A stretch of DNA of 64,000 bases from the NCBI GenBank assembly GCA_031414535.1, contig JANNVQ010000005.1, positions 96,001 to 160,000 of the forward strand, read 5' to 3'. The translations under genes and the position numbers were made by a program. The notes under the pieces were generated by a model. That model was not told the origin of the DNA, made no database searches, and worked only from the letters and a program-made list of their open reading frames with translations. Below are positions 8,777 through 18,856 of this stretch, piece by piece (the stretch's first letter is position 1; each line of letters starts with the position of its first letter). Source of the DNA: Gemmatimonas sp. (GTDB lineage: Bacteria > Gemmatimonadota > Gemmatimonadetes > Gemmatimonadales > Gemmatimonadaceae).

Positions 8777-9963
8777 CACCGGACTTGTGGGTGGCCACGT
8801 TCGCTACGGCGCTGTGGTGTGGTGGCATCGTGCTGGTGGTGGTTCGCTTTGCGGATTCTCGGCGACTAGATACGTATCCGCCTTTGCCGCGAGAGCAAAC
8901 GCCTCTCATTTCGGTGATCATTCCGGCGCGCGATGAGGCGCGGAATATCGAGGCCTGCCTGCGCTCAGTGCTGGCCAGTGACTACGGAAATCTCGAGGCC
9001 ATCGTGGTGGACGATCATTCTTCGGATGGCACGGGGGCCATTGCCCAGCGCGTAGCGGATGAGGATGCCACGAAGCAAGGCCGCGTGCGCGTGCGCGTGA
9101 TTCAGGCGGCTCCGCTACCGGAAGGATGGTTTGGCAAGCAGTGGGCCTGCCAGAACGGAGCAGATGCCGCGCGTGGTGAGATTTTCTGCTTTACCGATGC
9201 AGACACGCGTCACGGCCAGCAGTTGCTCGGCCGGAGTGCGGGCGCCATGCGCTCGCGCGGCGCCGATCTCTTCACCGTGGCGGGTGCGCAGGACGCGGTG
9301 ACGTTTTGGGAGAAAGTGCTACAGCCTTTTGTGTTCTCGATTCTGCTGTCGCGCTATGGTGGGATGGAGCAGATGAGTCGGTCTACGAGGCCGTTGGACA
9401 AGATTGCCAACGGGCAGTTCCTGATGATGACGCGGAACACCTATGCCAAGATTGGCGGGCACGCGGCGGTGCGTGATCACGTGGCGGAGGATTTGCGCTT
9501 TGCGCAGCTAGTGACGGAGCGCGGGATGCAGGTGCATATGGTGCTGGCACGCGACCATATGCGGACGCGCATGTATGCGTCGCTGGCGGAGATTCGCCAA
9601 GGCTGGGGGAAGAACGTGTTCGCCGGCGGGCGCGACACGTTTCCGCTTGGTCCCATCGGGCTTTGGGTGTTTCGTGCAGTGTTCCCGCTTCCCGCCTTGA
9701 TGCCAATTCTTCCACTCGTGATGTTGGGACTGGCCCTACTGGGGACACTCGGCGACGGCGCTCTTTTGTTTGGCGCGGTGGCTGGTGGATTTAGCCTGCT
9801 GTTCTATCTTGCCGTCTATGCGTTTGCGGGTGTGAATCCGTTGTGGAGCCTGCTGTATCCCGTGGCGGCGGTGATGTTCAGTTGGATTTGCGCGGAAGCG
9901 GCTTGGCGCGGGAGCAATGTGGAGTGGAAGGGGCGCGGGTATGTGTCGCGGAAGGCTTCGTGA
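8773..9963 (+). CDS. GT2 glycosyltransferase, CrtQ/CruG/HpnB-like subgroup
   Basis: SVIIPARDE, VDDHSSDGT, GWFGKQWAC, FTDAD, ANGQF, AED and VEWKGR. Confidence 0.85.
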   Translation: MTPDLWVATFATALWCGGIVLVVVRFADSRRLDTYPPLPREQTPLISVIIPARDEARNIEACLRSVLASDYGNLEAIVVDDHSSDGTGAIAQRVADEDATKQGRVRVRVIQAAPLPEGWFGKQWACQNGADAARGEIFCFTDADTRHGQQLLGRSAGAMRSRGADLFTVAGAQDAVTFWEKVLQPFVFSILLSRYGGMEQMSRSTRPLDKIANGQFLMMTRNTYAKIGGHAAVRDHVAEDLRFAQLVTERGMQVHMVLARDHMRTRMYASLAEIRQGWGKNVFAGGRDTFPLGPIGLWVFRAVFPLPALMPILPLVMLGLALLGTLGDGALLFGAVAGGFSLLFYLAVYAFAGVNPLWSLLYPVAAVMFSWICAEAAWRGSNVEWKGRGYVSRKAS

Positions 9964-10634
9964 GCGCTGCGACTGTCAGCAAGCGTCCAATTGCCGTGCT
10001 GTTTGATTTGGATGGCACGCTGGTGGACTCCATCGCTCTCTTGGTGGCGAGCATGGAGTATTCGTTTGAGGGTCGCGCGCTGCGTCCGCCGCTCGCCGAG
10101 TGGATTGCGCTCATTGGCACGCCGTTGGACAAGATGCTGGCGCGTTGGGCCGTGGATGACGACGATGTGTTGCTGCTACGTGCCCGCTACCGCGAGCATC
10201 AGCTTGCCAATCACGACGAGATGATCAAGCTCTATCCCGGCATGGTGGAGACGGTGCGAGCCTTGCACGCGGCGGGGCATCCGCTGGCGGTGGTGACGAG
10301 CAAGCTGGAGGTCGGTGCGCGGCGGGCGCTCAAGTTCGCGCAGATCGAGGACTGCTTTGATGTGGTCGTGGGGATTGACCACACGGTGAAGCACAAACCG
10401 AATCCGGAGCCGGTGTGGCATGCGTTGGAGCGGCTTGGTGTGGCGCGCGAGGATGCGGTTTTTGTGGGGGACAGCACGCACGATATGGAAGCGGGGCGAG
10501 CGGCGGGGGTGAGGACGGTGGCCGTGCTTTGGGGGCCATACACCAGGGCGCAACTGGAGCCCACTCACCCGGACTATTACGTGTCGGATTTTTCTGAGCT
10601 ATCGGACGTGCTGGCTCGAATCGCTCGAGGCTGA
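9960..10634 (+). CDS. HAD-IA hydrolase, PpaX/phosphoglycolate phosphatase-like
   Basis: FDLDGTLVDS, VVTSK, KPNPEP and VGDSTHD. Confidence 0.88.
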   Translation: MSAATVSKRPIAVLFDLDGTLVDSIALLVASMEYSFEGRALRPPLAEWIALIGTPLDKMLARWAVDDDDVLLLRARYREHQLANHDEMIKLYPGMVETVRALHAAGHPLAVVTSKLEVGARRALKFAQIEDCFDVVVGIDHTVKHKPNPEPVWHALERLGVAREDAVFVGDSTHDMEAGRAAGVRTVAVLWGPYTRAQLEPTHPDYYVSDFSELSDVLARIARG

Positions 10635-10699
10635 CGCGGGAGCTTCGCACCCTTCCGCAATGAATTGATGTCTTTCGCTGGGTTGCACGGAGCAACCCT

Positions 10700-13600
10700 T
10701 TGCGCGTGTTCACTTCACGCGACGCCGCCACGCTGCTCTCGGGACTCGCCCACGGAGCGCCCCTCTCCACACTGAGCGCCGCGCTGGGCTTCGGCGCGCC
10801 GCTCCCGCTCCACAAAGCCGCGCGACGACAACTTGGGCTCGATTCCACGCTGCGCCAAGTGCAGATCGTCGCGGGGCCGGGGACGCTTCGCGCCTTGCTC
10901 GTGAGCACAGAGCGCGCACTCGCCGCGGACGCCCACACTGGAATCGCGCGCGCACTCGTGCGCGGCGCACCCGAGCGCGCCTGGCTACTAATTACGCGAG
11001 ATGCCGCGCACTCGCAGGTGAGCATCACCGCGCCAGCGACTGACCTTCGCGCGAGTCTCCCCAGCTACACGATTGCGCTCGGGCAGATTCGCGAGAGTGA
11101 CGCCGAGACGCTTGCCGCGCTGGTGGGTTGCCGCGAAGGCCCTGACCTCATGGTCCACCTGCGCTGGCGCGAGACGCTCGGCCGCACGGCACTCACGCGA
11201 CGCTTCTATCAAGAGCTCGAACGTGGCGTCACACAGCTGGCGACAAGCGCCGAGGGACGCGCGCCGCTCGAGGCACGACGCAGCATCGCCTTGCTGCACA
11301 CGTCACGACTGCTATTCGTGTCCTTCCTCGAAGCACGGGGCTGGCTCGACGGCAATCGGGAGTTCCTACGCACGCATTTTGTGGCGCGGGCGCGCGGCGG
11401 GTACTCTGCACATCGTCGCTTCCTCGATCCTCTGTGGTTCGGCACACTCAACACTCCCTTCGCGCAGCGCGCCGCGTCAGCGCGTGAGTTCGGGCGCGTG
11501 CCATTCTTGAACGGCGGCCTGTTCACTCGGAGCGCAATCGAACGCGAGCATCGCGACCTGCGCTTGAGTGACGCGGCGCTGGAAGAGATTATCGGCGGAC
11601 TGCTCTCGCGCTACCGACTCACGCCTCGCGAGTCTCGCGAGGACTGGACGGACGCGGCGGTTGATCCGGAGATGCTTGGCCGCGCATTTGAATCGCTGAT
11701 GCACGAGGGCGTACGTCGCAGTCGCGGCGCGTTCTACACGCCACCAGCCCTCATCGCCCAACTCACACGAGACGGACTGAGCGCTGCACTGGCACCCCAG
11801 GGCGTACAGGAGGAACATCTCCAGCGACTCTGGGACGGCGAGCGCATCACGCGGCGAGCGAGGCAAACGCTCGGCCGCGCACTGGAGGACATCCGCGTGC
11901 TCGACCCCGCCTGTGGCTCTGGTGCCTTTCTCGTGTACGTGCTTGAGGAGTTGGCCAACCTCCGCAAGCACGCAGGCGATGATCGGCCCTCGGGCCTCAG
12001 ACGCCGCGATGTGCTCACCCGCTGCATCTACGGCGTGGATGTGGATCCCACGGCCGTATGGCTCTGCCAACTCCGTCTCTGGCTCTCGGTGGTGGTCGAA
12101 GAGGACGAGCAAGACCCGATGAGTCTTCCGGCCTTGCCCAACTTGGACCGCAACATCCGCGAGGGCGATGCCTTGGCGGGCCGTGGCTTTGAGGACGGAT
12201 GGCTGCCAAGTGAGTCCTCACTGGAGGCGCGACGACTGCGCTACGCCAGAGCCAGCGGCAAGCGAAAGCGTACGCTCGCGCGGGCGCTGGAACGTGAGGA
12301 GCGCGAGCGGGCCCTTCATATAGGAGAAGCGCGGCTCGCTTCGCTCATGGCGGAGCGGCGCGAACTGCTTGTGGCGGCTCGCGCGCCTGATCTATTTCGA
12401 ACCCGACGCGGCGTTGACCGAGCAATGCGCGAGCGCTTGGATGACATCAAAGCCGCGATGCGACGAGCTCGTGCACAGATCGCGGAGCTCAAGCGTGGGT
12501 CGGCACTGCCCTTCTCTTGGCTCACGCACTTTCCGGAGCCCGCACAGCGCGGCGGCTTCACGATGCTGATTGGGAACCCGCCATGGGTGCGCACACACGC
12601 CATCCCTGCGGAACAGCGGGCCGCGCTACGGGAGCGCTTTGCCGTGTTTCGGCTCGCGGCATGGGAAGCCGGTGCGGCGGAAGCGGGCGCAGGGCGCGGA
12701 TTTGCCTCTCAGGTGGACTTGGCCGCGCTGTTCACTGAACGTGCGGTACGGCTCACACAGCGCGACGGGGCCATCGCCTTGCTCTTGCCGGCAAAACTTT
12801 GGGGCTCTCTTGCTGGAGGCGGACTCCGCCAGTTTCTCGCGGCTCAGGCACCACCGCTCTTGCTCGAGGAGTGGCAGGACAGTGCCGCGGGCTTCGACGC
12901 CGTGGTGTATCCCTCGGCGCTTGTCGCGCGCAGACGCGGCGCGCTCGCAAGCCCTGATGCCATTCGGGTAGTGGCGCACCGCCATGAGATTCCTTTGCCG
13001 TGGAGTTTACCGCGTGGGCGTTTGGCACTCGACGACACGCCGGGTGCACCATGGATGTTGCTCCCACCCGAAGTGCGCGACGCCTTTGACGCTCTTAGTG
13101 CAGCTGGCCTGCCACTCTCGCGCTCAGCACTTGCGCGTCCGCAGCTGGGCGTCAAGTGCGGATGCAACGAGGCATTCGTGCTCACGAGGCTGGAAGCCGA
13201 ACGTGAGGACATCGAAGAGCACTGCGTTCGCCCCTTACTGCGCGGCGAGCATCTCGCAGCGTGGCGGCCGCTGCGTGAATCGGAGCGCGCGGCAATTTTG
13301 TGGACACACGATGCCAAAGGCGCGCCGATGCGCGTGCTGCCCGAGCGCGCGCATCGGCGGCTTTCCAAGTGGCGGCGGCAACTGGAGCAACGCAGTGACG
13401 GACGTGGTGGTCCCTGGTGGGCGCTCTTCCGGACGGAAGCGGCTCGTAACGACCGGGCGCGTGTGGTCTGGGGCGACATCGGACGTACGCCACGCGCGCT
13501 GGTGCTTCCGACGGGTGATCCCACGGTGCCACTCAACACTTGCTACGTGGTGCGCACCCCGAGTGACGACGATGCACACGCGCTCGCCGCCTTGCTCAAC

Positions 13601-13858
13601 TCTACCCTGGGCGCGGCCTGGCTCTCGGCGCTCGCGGAGCCAGCGCGGGGCGGGTATCGACGCTTCCTCGGTTGGACCTGCGCGAGATTTCCTGTGCCGC
13701 GGGACTGGGAGCGCGCGCGCGGACTTTTAGCGTCGATTGGACGCTCAGCGGTGGATGGTGTGGAGCCGAATCCTTGGGAGCTCACGGACGCCGTGCTCGA
13801 TGCCTATCAGCTACCACACAGCGCCGTCGCCGCCCTGCTGTCTTGGCATATGCTGTGA
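10700..13858 (+). CDS. Large N6-adenine DNA methyltransferase, Eco57I/type IIG-like with C-terminal target-recognition domain
   Basis: PFLNGGLF, DPEMLGRAFE, GAFYTPP, VLDPACGSGAFL (motif I), IYGVDVD, GDAL, IGNPPW (motif IV); TaqI_C-like RPLLRG and ALLNS. Confidence 0.85.
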   Translation: MRVFTSRDAATLLSGLAHGAPLSTLSAALGFGAPLPLHKAARRQLGLDSTLRQVQIVAGPGTLRALLVSTERALAADAHTGIARALVRGAPERAWLLITRDAAHSQVSITAPATDLRASLPSYTIALGQIRESDAETLAALVGCREGPDLMVHLRWRETLGRTALTRRFYQELERGVTQLATSAEGRAPLEARRSIALLHTSRLLFVSFLEARGWLDGNREFLRTHFVARARGGYSAHRRFLDPLWFGTLNTPFAQRAASAREFGRVPFLNGGLFTRSAIEREHRDLRLSDAALEEIIGGLLSRYRLTPRESREDWTDAAVDPEMLGRAFESLMHEGVRRSRGAFYTPPALIAQLTRDGLSAALAPQGVQEEHLQRLWDGERITRRARQTLGRALEDIRVLDPACGSGAFLVYVLEELANLRKHAGDDRPSGLRRRDVLTRCIYGVDVDPTAVWLCQLRLWLSVVVEEDEQDPMSLPALPNLDRNIREGDALAGRGFEDGWLPSESSLEARRLRYARASGKRKRTLARALEREERERALHIGEARLASLMAERRELLVAARAPDLFRTRRGVDRAMRERLDDIKAAMRRARAQIAELKRGSALPFSWLTHFPEPAQRGGFTMLIGNPPWVRTHAIPAEQRAALRERFAVFRLAAWEAGAAEAGAGRGFASQVDLAALFTERAVRLTQRDGAIALLLPAKLWGSLAGGGLRQFLAAQAPPLLLEEWQDSAAGFDAVVYPSALVARRRGALASPDAIRVVAHRHEIPLPWSLPRGRLALDDTPGAPWMLLPPEVRDAFDALSAAGLPLSRSALARPQLGVKCGCNEAFVLTRLEAEREDIEEHCVRPLLRGEHLAAWRPLRESERAAILWTHDAKGAPMRVLPERAHRRLSKWRRQLEQRSDGRGGPWWALFRTEAARNDRARVVWGDIGRTPRALVLPTGDPTVPLNTCYVVRTPSDDDAHALAALLNSTLGAAWLSALAEPARGGYRRFLGWTCARFPVPRDWERARGLLASIGRSAVDGVEPNPWELTDAVLDAYQLPHSAVAALLSWHML

Positions 13859-16101
13859 GCGGGCTCGCATTGCGTGTTCCAGTCTCGCCCACTCTGGTGT
13901 CGGCCGCTCAGCATGTGCTCGCTCGCATGGCGCGCGCCGTGCTTGGTGCGGACGCTGCACGCAGCGTGGGAGCGTTTGCGTTGAGGCCGGCACAGCGCGA
14001 GGCGGTGCGGGCGGCGGAGCGCGCATTGGCCGAGTACGGAGGCGCGCTCATTGCCGACGCGCCCGGCACGGGAAAGACGGTCCTCGCATTGGCCATCGCA
14101 GCGAGCTATGACGACGTGCTCATCATCGTTCCCTCAGCCGTGCGAGAGCAATGGCAGCGCGCCGCCGAGCGTGCGGGAGTGAGCGCGCGGTTTGAGACGA
14201 TCGAAGGCTTAAGTCATGGCAGGAGTCCAAAGGCCGCTTCGCTCATCATCGTGGATGAAGCGCACCATTTGCGGACGCCAACGACGGCCCGATACCGCGC
14301 ACTTTCGGCAATCATCATGGGACGTCGTCTCCTGCTGCTTACGGCCACACCGGTGGTGAACAGCCTACGCGATCGAGATGCGCTTCTGGCATTGTTCATC
14401 GGCGAGCGTGCGGCCCAGCTGACCGAGTCGGCTCGTGCGGCAGTGATCCTTCGACTTGCTTCACCGGCGTCGGTCGCTGGCGTCACGAAGCGAATACCTG
14501 AGCTTGCATCCGCTTCGGATGTGCCGGGCTTGGCACAGGCGCTGAAGCGTTTGCCAGCTCCCCTTCCGCTCACAGATGGCGGGCAGGCAACGGCCATCGT
14601 GCAACTCACGCTGGCATTCGCTTGGGCCTCGAGCCTGGCGGCGCTGGACCTTGCCCTCAGGAGGCGGCTCGAACGAGGGCGAACGCTCGACGACGAGCTT
14701 GCACAGGGTAGATGGCCTTCGCGCGAGCGTCTGCGCGCGTGGATACTAGGCGATGACGCAACTCAGCTCGCGTTTGGCTTTTCGACTCCGGATACGAAGG
14801 AAATTCCTAGTGACGCGCGTAGCCTTCTCTCCACGCACTTGGATGCCGTCGTTGGCCTGCGTGCACTCATTCGCCCCCACATTGACCGCGATACGGCGCA
14901 GAGGGTTCAGTCACTACTTACGCTCCTAGCCGAGCAGACTCCGCGTCGCGTCGTGGCTCTGGCTCACAGCGCGGTGACCGTGCGCGCTCTGTACGCGGCG
15001 ATGCGCAGTGAAGCCGGTGTGGTCGCCATCACTGGCAATCGCGTGCAAACCGCAGCCGGCCGATGGACGCGTGACGAAGTGCTCAGGGCGCTGGGTCCCG
15101 GCTTGCCGCCTTACAACGCTCGCGACCCGCTGGGGATTCGCTTGCTGCTCGCGACGGACATTCTCGCGGAGGGCGTGGAGCTGCAGGCTGCCAGTGTGTT
15201 GGTGCATGCAGATCCGGCGTGGACACCGGCTCGGCTTGAGCAACGGGTTGGTCGCATGGCGCGCGAGGGGCAACGGGAACAAGTCTTGGTGACGCGATTT
15301 GCGGTGCCCAAAGCAGCGAACGCCATGCTGCAGATTCGGGAGCGTCTTCAGCGCAAATCCGCTGCGCGTGCAACGGCGCTCAAGCCGGCTGATGCGGAGG
15401 CCGAGGTTCGAGGCAGGCTCTCCGCTTGGACTGTGGCGGTGGAGGGAACATCGCTGGACCTAGCGAGTGGAGGGCAGACCCGAGTGGCTGCTGTGCGCGG
15501 ACAGCGCTGTGGTTTTCTGGCACTGCTGCGCGAAGAGGGCGAGCCGCGACTCGTGGCTGGCGTATATGAGGCATCGCGATGGCGAGTTCGAGAGTCGGCG
15601 AGCGCGGTGCTTCGTGTGATTCCGATCGCGGCTCGCCGTGGTGACCTCCGCCCCGCCAAGCTCACGCGGGCGCACATCAACTGCGCACGAAAGGTGCTGC
15701 AGCGCTGGCATCGCCAAGGCCGTGGAGCGCGCATGGCGTCGGACGATGCCGCGCTACCGGAGCCAATCCTACGCGCGCTGCGCAAAGCCATCGATGTAGC
15801 CATTGCACAAGCGCCACTGAGCGAGCGAACGCGTGCGGCCAGCGAGATGAGCGCATTGCTCGCGCGAGTGTCTCTCTTGCAGGGGCGCGGCGCCGAGCAG
15901 ATGCTGAGGCGCCTGATTCGAGATGCCCCACAGGGGGATGCACTGATTGCTGAGCTAAGAGCGATGTGCCGCGGGGAAGTGGCGCAAACGCAGAAGCGCC
16001 CGGCCCCTCATTCGGGTGCCGGGCGCCTCAGCATCGAAGCCCTGCTCATCCTAGTGCCGGAACAGAATTCCGGTTGCGACTCAGGCCCCGCCCTTCCCTG
16101 A
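13855..16101 (+). CDS. SF2 (SNF2-like) DEAH helicase/translocase
   Basis: ADAPGTGKT, IVDEAHH, LTATPVVN, LATDILAEGVELQ and RLEQRVGR; GTGA overlap with the MTase stop. Confidence 0.8.
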   Translation: MSGLALRVPVSPTLVSAAQHVLARMARAVLGADAARSVGAFALRPAQREAVRAAERALAEYGGALIADAPGTGKTVLALAIAASYDDVLIIVPSAVREQWQRAAERAGVSARFETIEGLSHGRSPKAASLIIVDEAHHLRTPTTARYRALSAIIMGRRLLLLTATPVVNSLRDRDALLALFIGERAAQLTESARAAVILRLASPASVAGVTKRIPELASASDVPGLAQALKRLPAPLPLTDGGQATAIVQLTLAFAWASSLAALDLALRRRLERGRTLDDELAQGRWPSRERLRAWILGDDATQLAFGFSTPDTKEIPSDARSLLSTHLDAVVGLRALIRPHIDRDTAQRVQSLLTLLAEQTPRRVVALAHSAVTVRALYAAMRSEAGVVAITGNRVQTAAGRWTRDEVLRALGPGLPPYNARDPLGIRLLLATDILAEGVELQAASVLVHADPAWTPARLEQRVGRMAREGQREQVLVTRFAVPKAANAMLQIRERLQRKSAARATALKPADAEAEVRGRLSAWTVAVEGTSLDLASGGQTRVAAVRGQRCGFLALLREEGEPRLVAGVYEASRWRVRESASAVLRVIPIAARRGDLRPAKLTRAHINCARKVLQRWHRQGRGARMASDDAALPEPILRALRKAIDVAIAQAPLSERTRAASEMSALLARVSLLQGRGAEQMLRRLIRDAPQGDALIAELRAMCRGEVAQTQKRPAPHSGAGRLSIEALLILVPEQNSGCDSGPALP

Positions 16102-16608
16102 CGGTAGCGAGACCTTATCCCGCTCCGCCATCAGCTTGGACGTAAACCGCTGCGACTCGCTGATACGCTCCACTTCAATGGCCAGTGCGTCCACGCTCTG
16201 CTGCAGTTGCATCAGCTGGTTCGCCACCGACGGCCCGTGCACCATCTGCCGGTCCTGGCGGCGGTCGATGTACTTCATGATGCCGCGCACGATTGGCGTG
16301 ACAATGACCATGAGCACAACGCTGCCAAACACGATCCCAATGATCGGAATGATCTCTGGCGGTATATCCGGATCTCGGCGATAGACCGGAGGCGGCGGTG
16401 CCGTGGTACCCGCCTGGCCCACCTGCGCGTTGGCGGCGTTCTCCGCGGCCTGAATCGCGTTCTGAATCGCCTGCTGCTGGGCGTCAGCGGCCGCGGCGGC
16501 ATTGGATGCCGCGGCCTGTCCCCCAGTAGACGCCCCGGGATTGGCAGGCACGGGCGGGATGGGCGGCGGCGGGGCGCTCTGAGCGGTCTGATTATCGAGC
16601 ATGGGCAC
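16081..16608 (-). CDS. Hypothetical single-pass membrane protein with C-terminal coiled coil
   Basis: Pro/Ala/Gln-rich N-terminus, one TM, QLQQSVDALAIEVERISESQRF; AAGGAG RBS. Confidence 0.7.
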   Translation of the reverse strand: MPMLDNQTAQSAPPPPIPPVPANPGASTGGQAAASNAAAAADAQQQAIQNAIQAAENAANAQVGQAGTTAPPPPVYRRDPDIPPEIIPIIGIVFGSVVLMVIVTPIVRGIMKYIDRRQDRQMVHGPSVANQLMQLQQSVDALAIEVERISESQRFTSKLMAERDKVSLPSGKGGA

Positions 16609-16677
16609 TCTGGACTCCTTTAGGGACTACGCTCCGTACGGCTGGCGGGGGCTCCCGGTGTCGTCCAATATGGCATT

Positions 16678-16704
16678 CAAACCTTTCGCCCCCTATAGCC
16701 ATCT
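16678..16704 (+). promoter_or_regulatory. Candidate ECF sigma promoter
   Basis: CAAACC-N16-CATCT upstream of the ECF gene; a similar GAAACC-N16-CGTAG lies at 19659-19685. Confidence 0.35.
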
Positions 16705-16731
16705 TATTCGGCGTAGAGCTCACGCCACCAA

Positions 16732-17301
16732 ATGACCTTGCCGCTCAGCCTCTCTCCCACCCCCCAACCGTCCGGCGCCGCCGATGACGTTGCGCTCGCC
16801 GTCCAAGGCGACCGCCGCGCCTTTGAGCGGATCTACCGGACCCACGTGGACCGCGTGTTCTCGGTCTGTGTGCGCATGGTGGGCGACCGAGGCAAGGCCG
16901 AGGAGCTGACGCAGGATGTGTTCGTACGCTGCTGGGAGAAGCTGGGGACATTCCGCGGTGATTCCGCGTTCTCGACCTGGCTGCACCGCCTCGCAGTGAA
17001 CGTGGTGTTGAACGAGCAGGAGTCGGAAAAGCGCCGGCGCAACCGGCACGACGATGGGATTGAGGATATGGACGCCATCGCCACCGGTGATGTACGCGCG
17101 CTACCGGTTCCGGGACTCTCGCTGGATCTCGAAGCGGCCATCGCGGCGCTTCCAAACGGTGCGCGCAAAGTCTTTGTCTTGCACGATGTGGAAGGCTACA
17201 CCCACGAAGAGATTGGCACGATGCTCGGCGTCACTGCCGGCGGTTGCAAGGCCCAACTGCACCGTGCCCGAATGTTGCTCCGGAGAACGCTGACCCGATG
17301 A
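16732..17301 (+). CDS. ECF RNA polymerase sigma factor
   Basis: AEELTQDVF, FRGDSAFSTWLHRLAVN, LHDVEGYTHEEIG and KAQLHRAR. Confidence 0.93.
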   Translation: MTLPLSLSPTPQPSGAADDVALAVQGDRRAFERIYRTHVDRVFSVCVRMVGDRGKAEELTQDVFVRCWEKLGTFRGDSAFSTWLHRLAVNVVLNEQESEKRRRNRHDDGIEDMDAIATGDVRALPVPGLSLDLEAAIAALPNGARKVFVLHDVEGYTHEEIGTMLGVTAGGCKAQLHRARMLLRRTLTR

Positions 17302-17939
17302 ATACCACCGATCGTACTTCCCACGACCTCGAGAACGAACTGCACCGCGGCAACTGCGATGAGTGCGGTAAGCTCTGGGACGAACTCGAAAACATCAGCG
17401 CCGAAGCCGCGCGCCTGCCTCTGCTCGCGCCGTCGCGCGATCTCTGGGATGGCATCGAGGCGCGCATCACCACGGTGCCGCGCTCGCTCCCCTTCTATAG
17501 AACGCAGACCTTCCGCCTTGCAATCGCGGCCTCCCTGTTGATTGCCGTCACGAGCGGAGTGACTTGGCAGCTCGCCACGTCCAACACCCGGCAATCCGTT
17601 GTTGCTCAGTCTTCATCAATGACGGTCTCGGACGAACAGACGGACTCCGACGATGCGGCACAGATGCACCAGGCCTCCTTCTCGGCCAGCGTCTCGCAGA
17701 TGGAGCGCGAGATTGCCACGCTCCAGAACATCATGACCGAACGGCGCGGCGAACTCGATTTGCGCACAATCGCGGTGCTCGAAGCCAACCTCAAGCTCAT
17801 TGATACCGCCATTGAGGAAAGCCGCGCGGCTTTGGCATCCGACCCAGCCTCGCAGTTCCTGAGCTCGCAGTTCACGCGGGCCTACACCAGCAAACTCACC
17901 CTCCTGCGGGACGCCGCAACACTCCCGACCGGAATCTGA
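17298..17939 (+). CDS. Anti-sigma factor, ZAS-like single-pass membrane protein
   Basis: HRGNCDEC (HxxxCxxC), DLWDGIEARI, one TM; ATGA overlap with the sigma gene. Confidence 0.78.
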   Translation: MNTTDRTSHDLENELHRGNCDECGKLWDELENISAEAARLPLLAPSRDLWDGIEARITTVPRSLPFYRTQTFRLAIAASLLIAVTSGVTWQLATSNTRQSVVAQSSSMTVSDEQTDSDDAAQMHQASFSASVSQMEREIATLQNIMTERRGELDLRTIAVLEANLKLIDTAIEESRAALASDPASQFLSSQFTRAYTSKLTLLRDAATLPTGI

Positions 17940-17941
17940 CC

Positions 17942-18853
17942 ATGACCAAGCACACCTCCATTCCCCGCGCGCTGCTGCTCTGCGCTGCACTCCCGCTCAC
18001 GCTGGCCGCACAGGGCTCCCGTGGCGATCGCATTGACACGACGCTCACCATTGACCGCGGCGGCCTCGTGCAACTGGGGACCGTGTCGGGCGAGATTCGC
18101 GTGACGGGTAGCAATCGCCGCGACGTGAAGCTCGTAGCCACCATAGACGTGGGCCGCTTTGAGTTGACCACCGGCGCCGGGCGTATCGCACTCCAGACGC
18201 GCTCAGTGGGCAGCCGCCAGAGCTCAGCCTACGTGGAAGTACAGGTACCAGTGGGCACTCGCATCAGCGCCAGCACCGTGAGTGGATTGGTGGAGGTGCG
18301 CGCCACCGAAGGCGAGATTGTCGCTCGCTCAGTCAGCGGGCGCGTGGATGTCCGCAACGGGCGGGAGCGTGTGGATGTCGAAACAGTCTCCGGCACGCTC
18401 GACCTGCGCGACATCCAAGGCCGCATGAGCATTGAGGGCGTGAGCGCAAACATTGATGTGGAAGGCGCCAGTGGCGACCTCACCGCCGAGACCGTGAGCG
18501 GCGACATTCGCGTACGCCGCAGCAATCTCACAGGAATGCGCGCCGAGGCAGTCAGCGGCACCATTAGCTACGATGGCTCGCTTTCGGCAAACGGTTCGTA
18601 TCGCCTCAACACGCACTCCGGCAGCATCACGATGATGCTCCCAGCCAGCGTGGGCGCGGCACTGGAACTCGAGACCTTCAGCGGCCGTATCGTGAGTGAC
18701 TTTCCGCTCACGCTGCAGCCGGGCCAGGCCACGGGTCGCGGCAAGCGCATGGAGTTCACGCTGGGCAACGGCGGAGCACGCGTCACGGCTGGTGCATTCA
18801 GTGGCAACATCAACATTCGTCGCGCAGGTGCGATGACCGACCGGGAGCAATAA
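17942..18853 (+). CDS. Secreted DUF4097 (beta-strand repeat) protein
   Basis: Signal peptide; repeated TVSG/SVSG units. Confidence 0.8.
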   Translation: MTKHTSIPRALLLCAALPLTLAAQGSRGDRIDTTLTIDRGGLVQLGTVSGEIRVTGSNRRDVKLVATIDVGRFELTTGAGRIALQTRSVGSRQSSAYVEVQVPVGTRISASTVSGLVEVRATEGEIVARSVSGRVDVRNGRERVDVETVSGTLDLRDIQGRMSIEGVSANIDVEGASGDLTAETVSGDIRVRRSNLTGMRAEAVSGTISYDGSLSANGSYRLNTHSGSITMMLPASVGAALELETFSGRIVSDFPLTLQPGQATGRGKRMEFTLGNGGARVTAGAFSGNINIRRAGAMTDREQ

Positions 18854-18856
18854 GCA

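Noticed and set aside
10700..16101. Calling the MTase/helicase pair DISARM, BREX or type I/III R-M
   Set aside because: Required partners (DrmA/B/C, PglZ/BrxC, HsdS/HsdR, Res nuclease) are absent from the window
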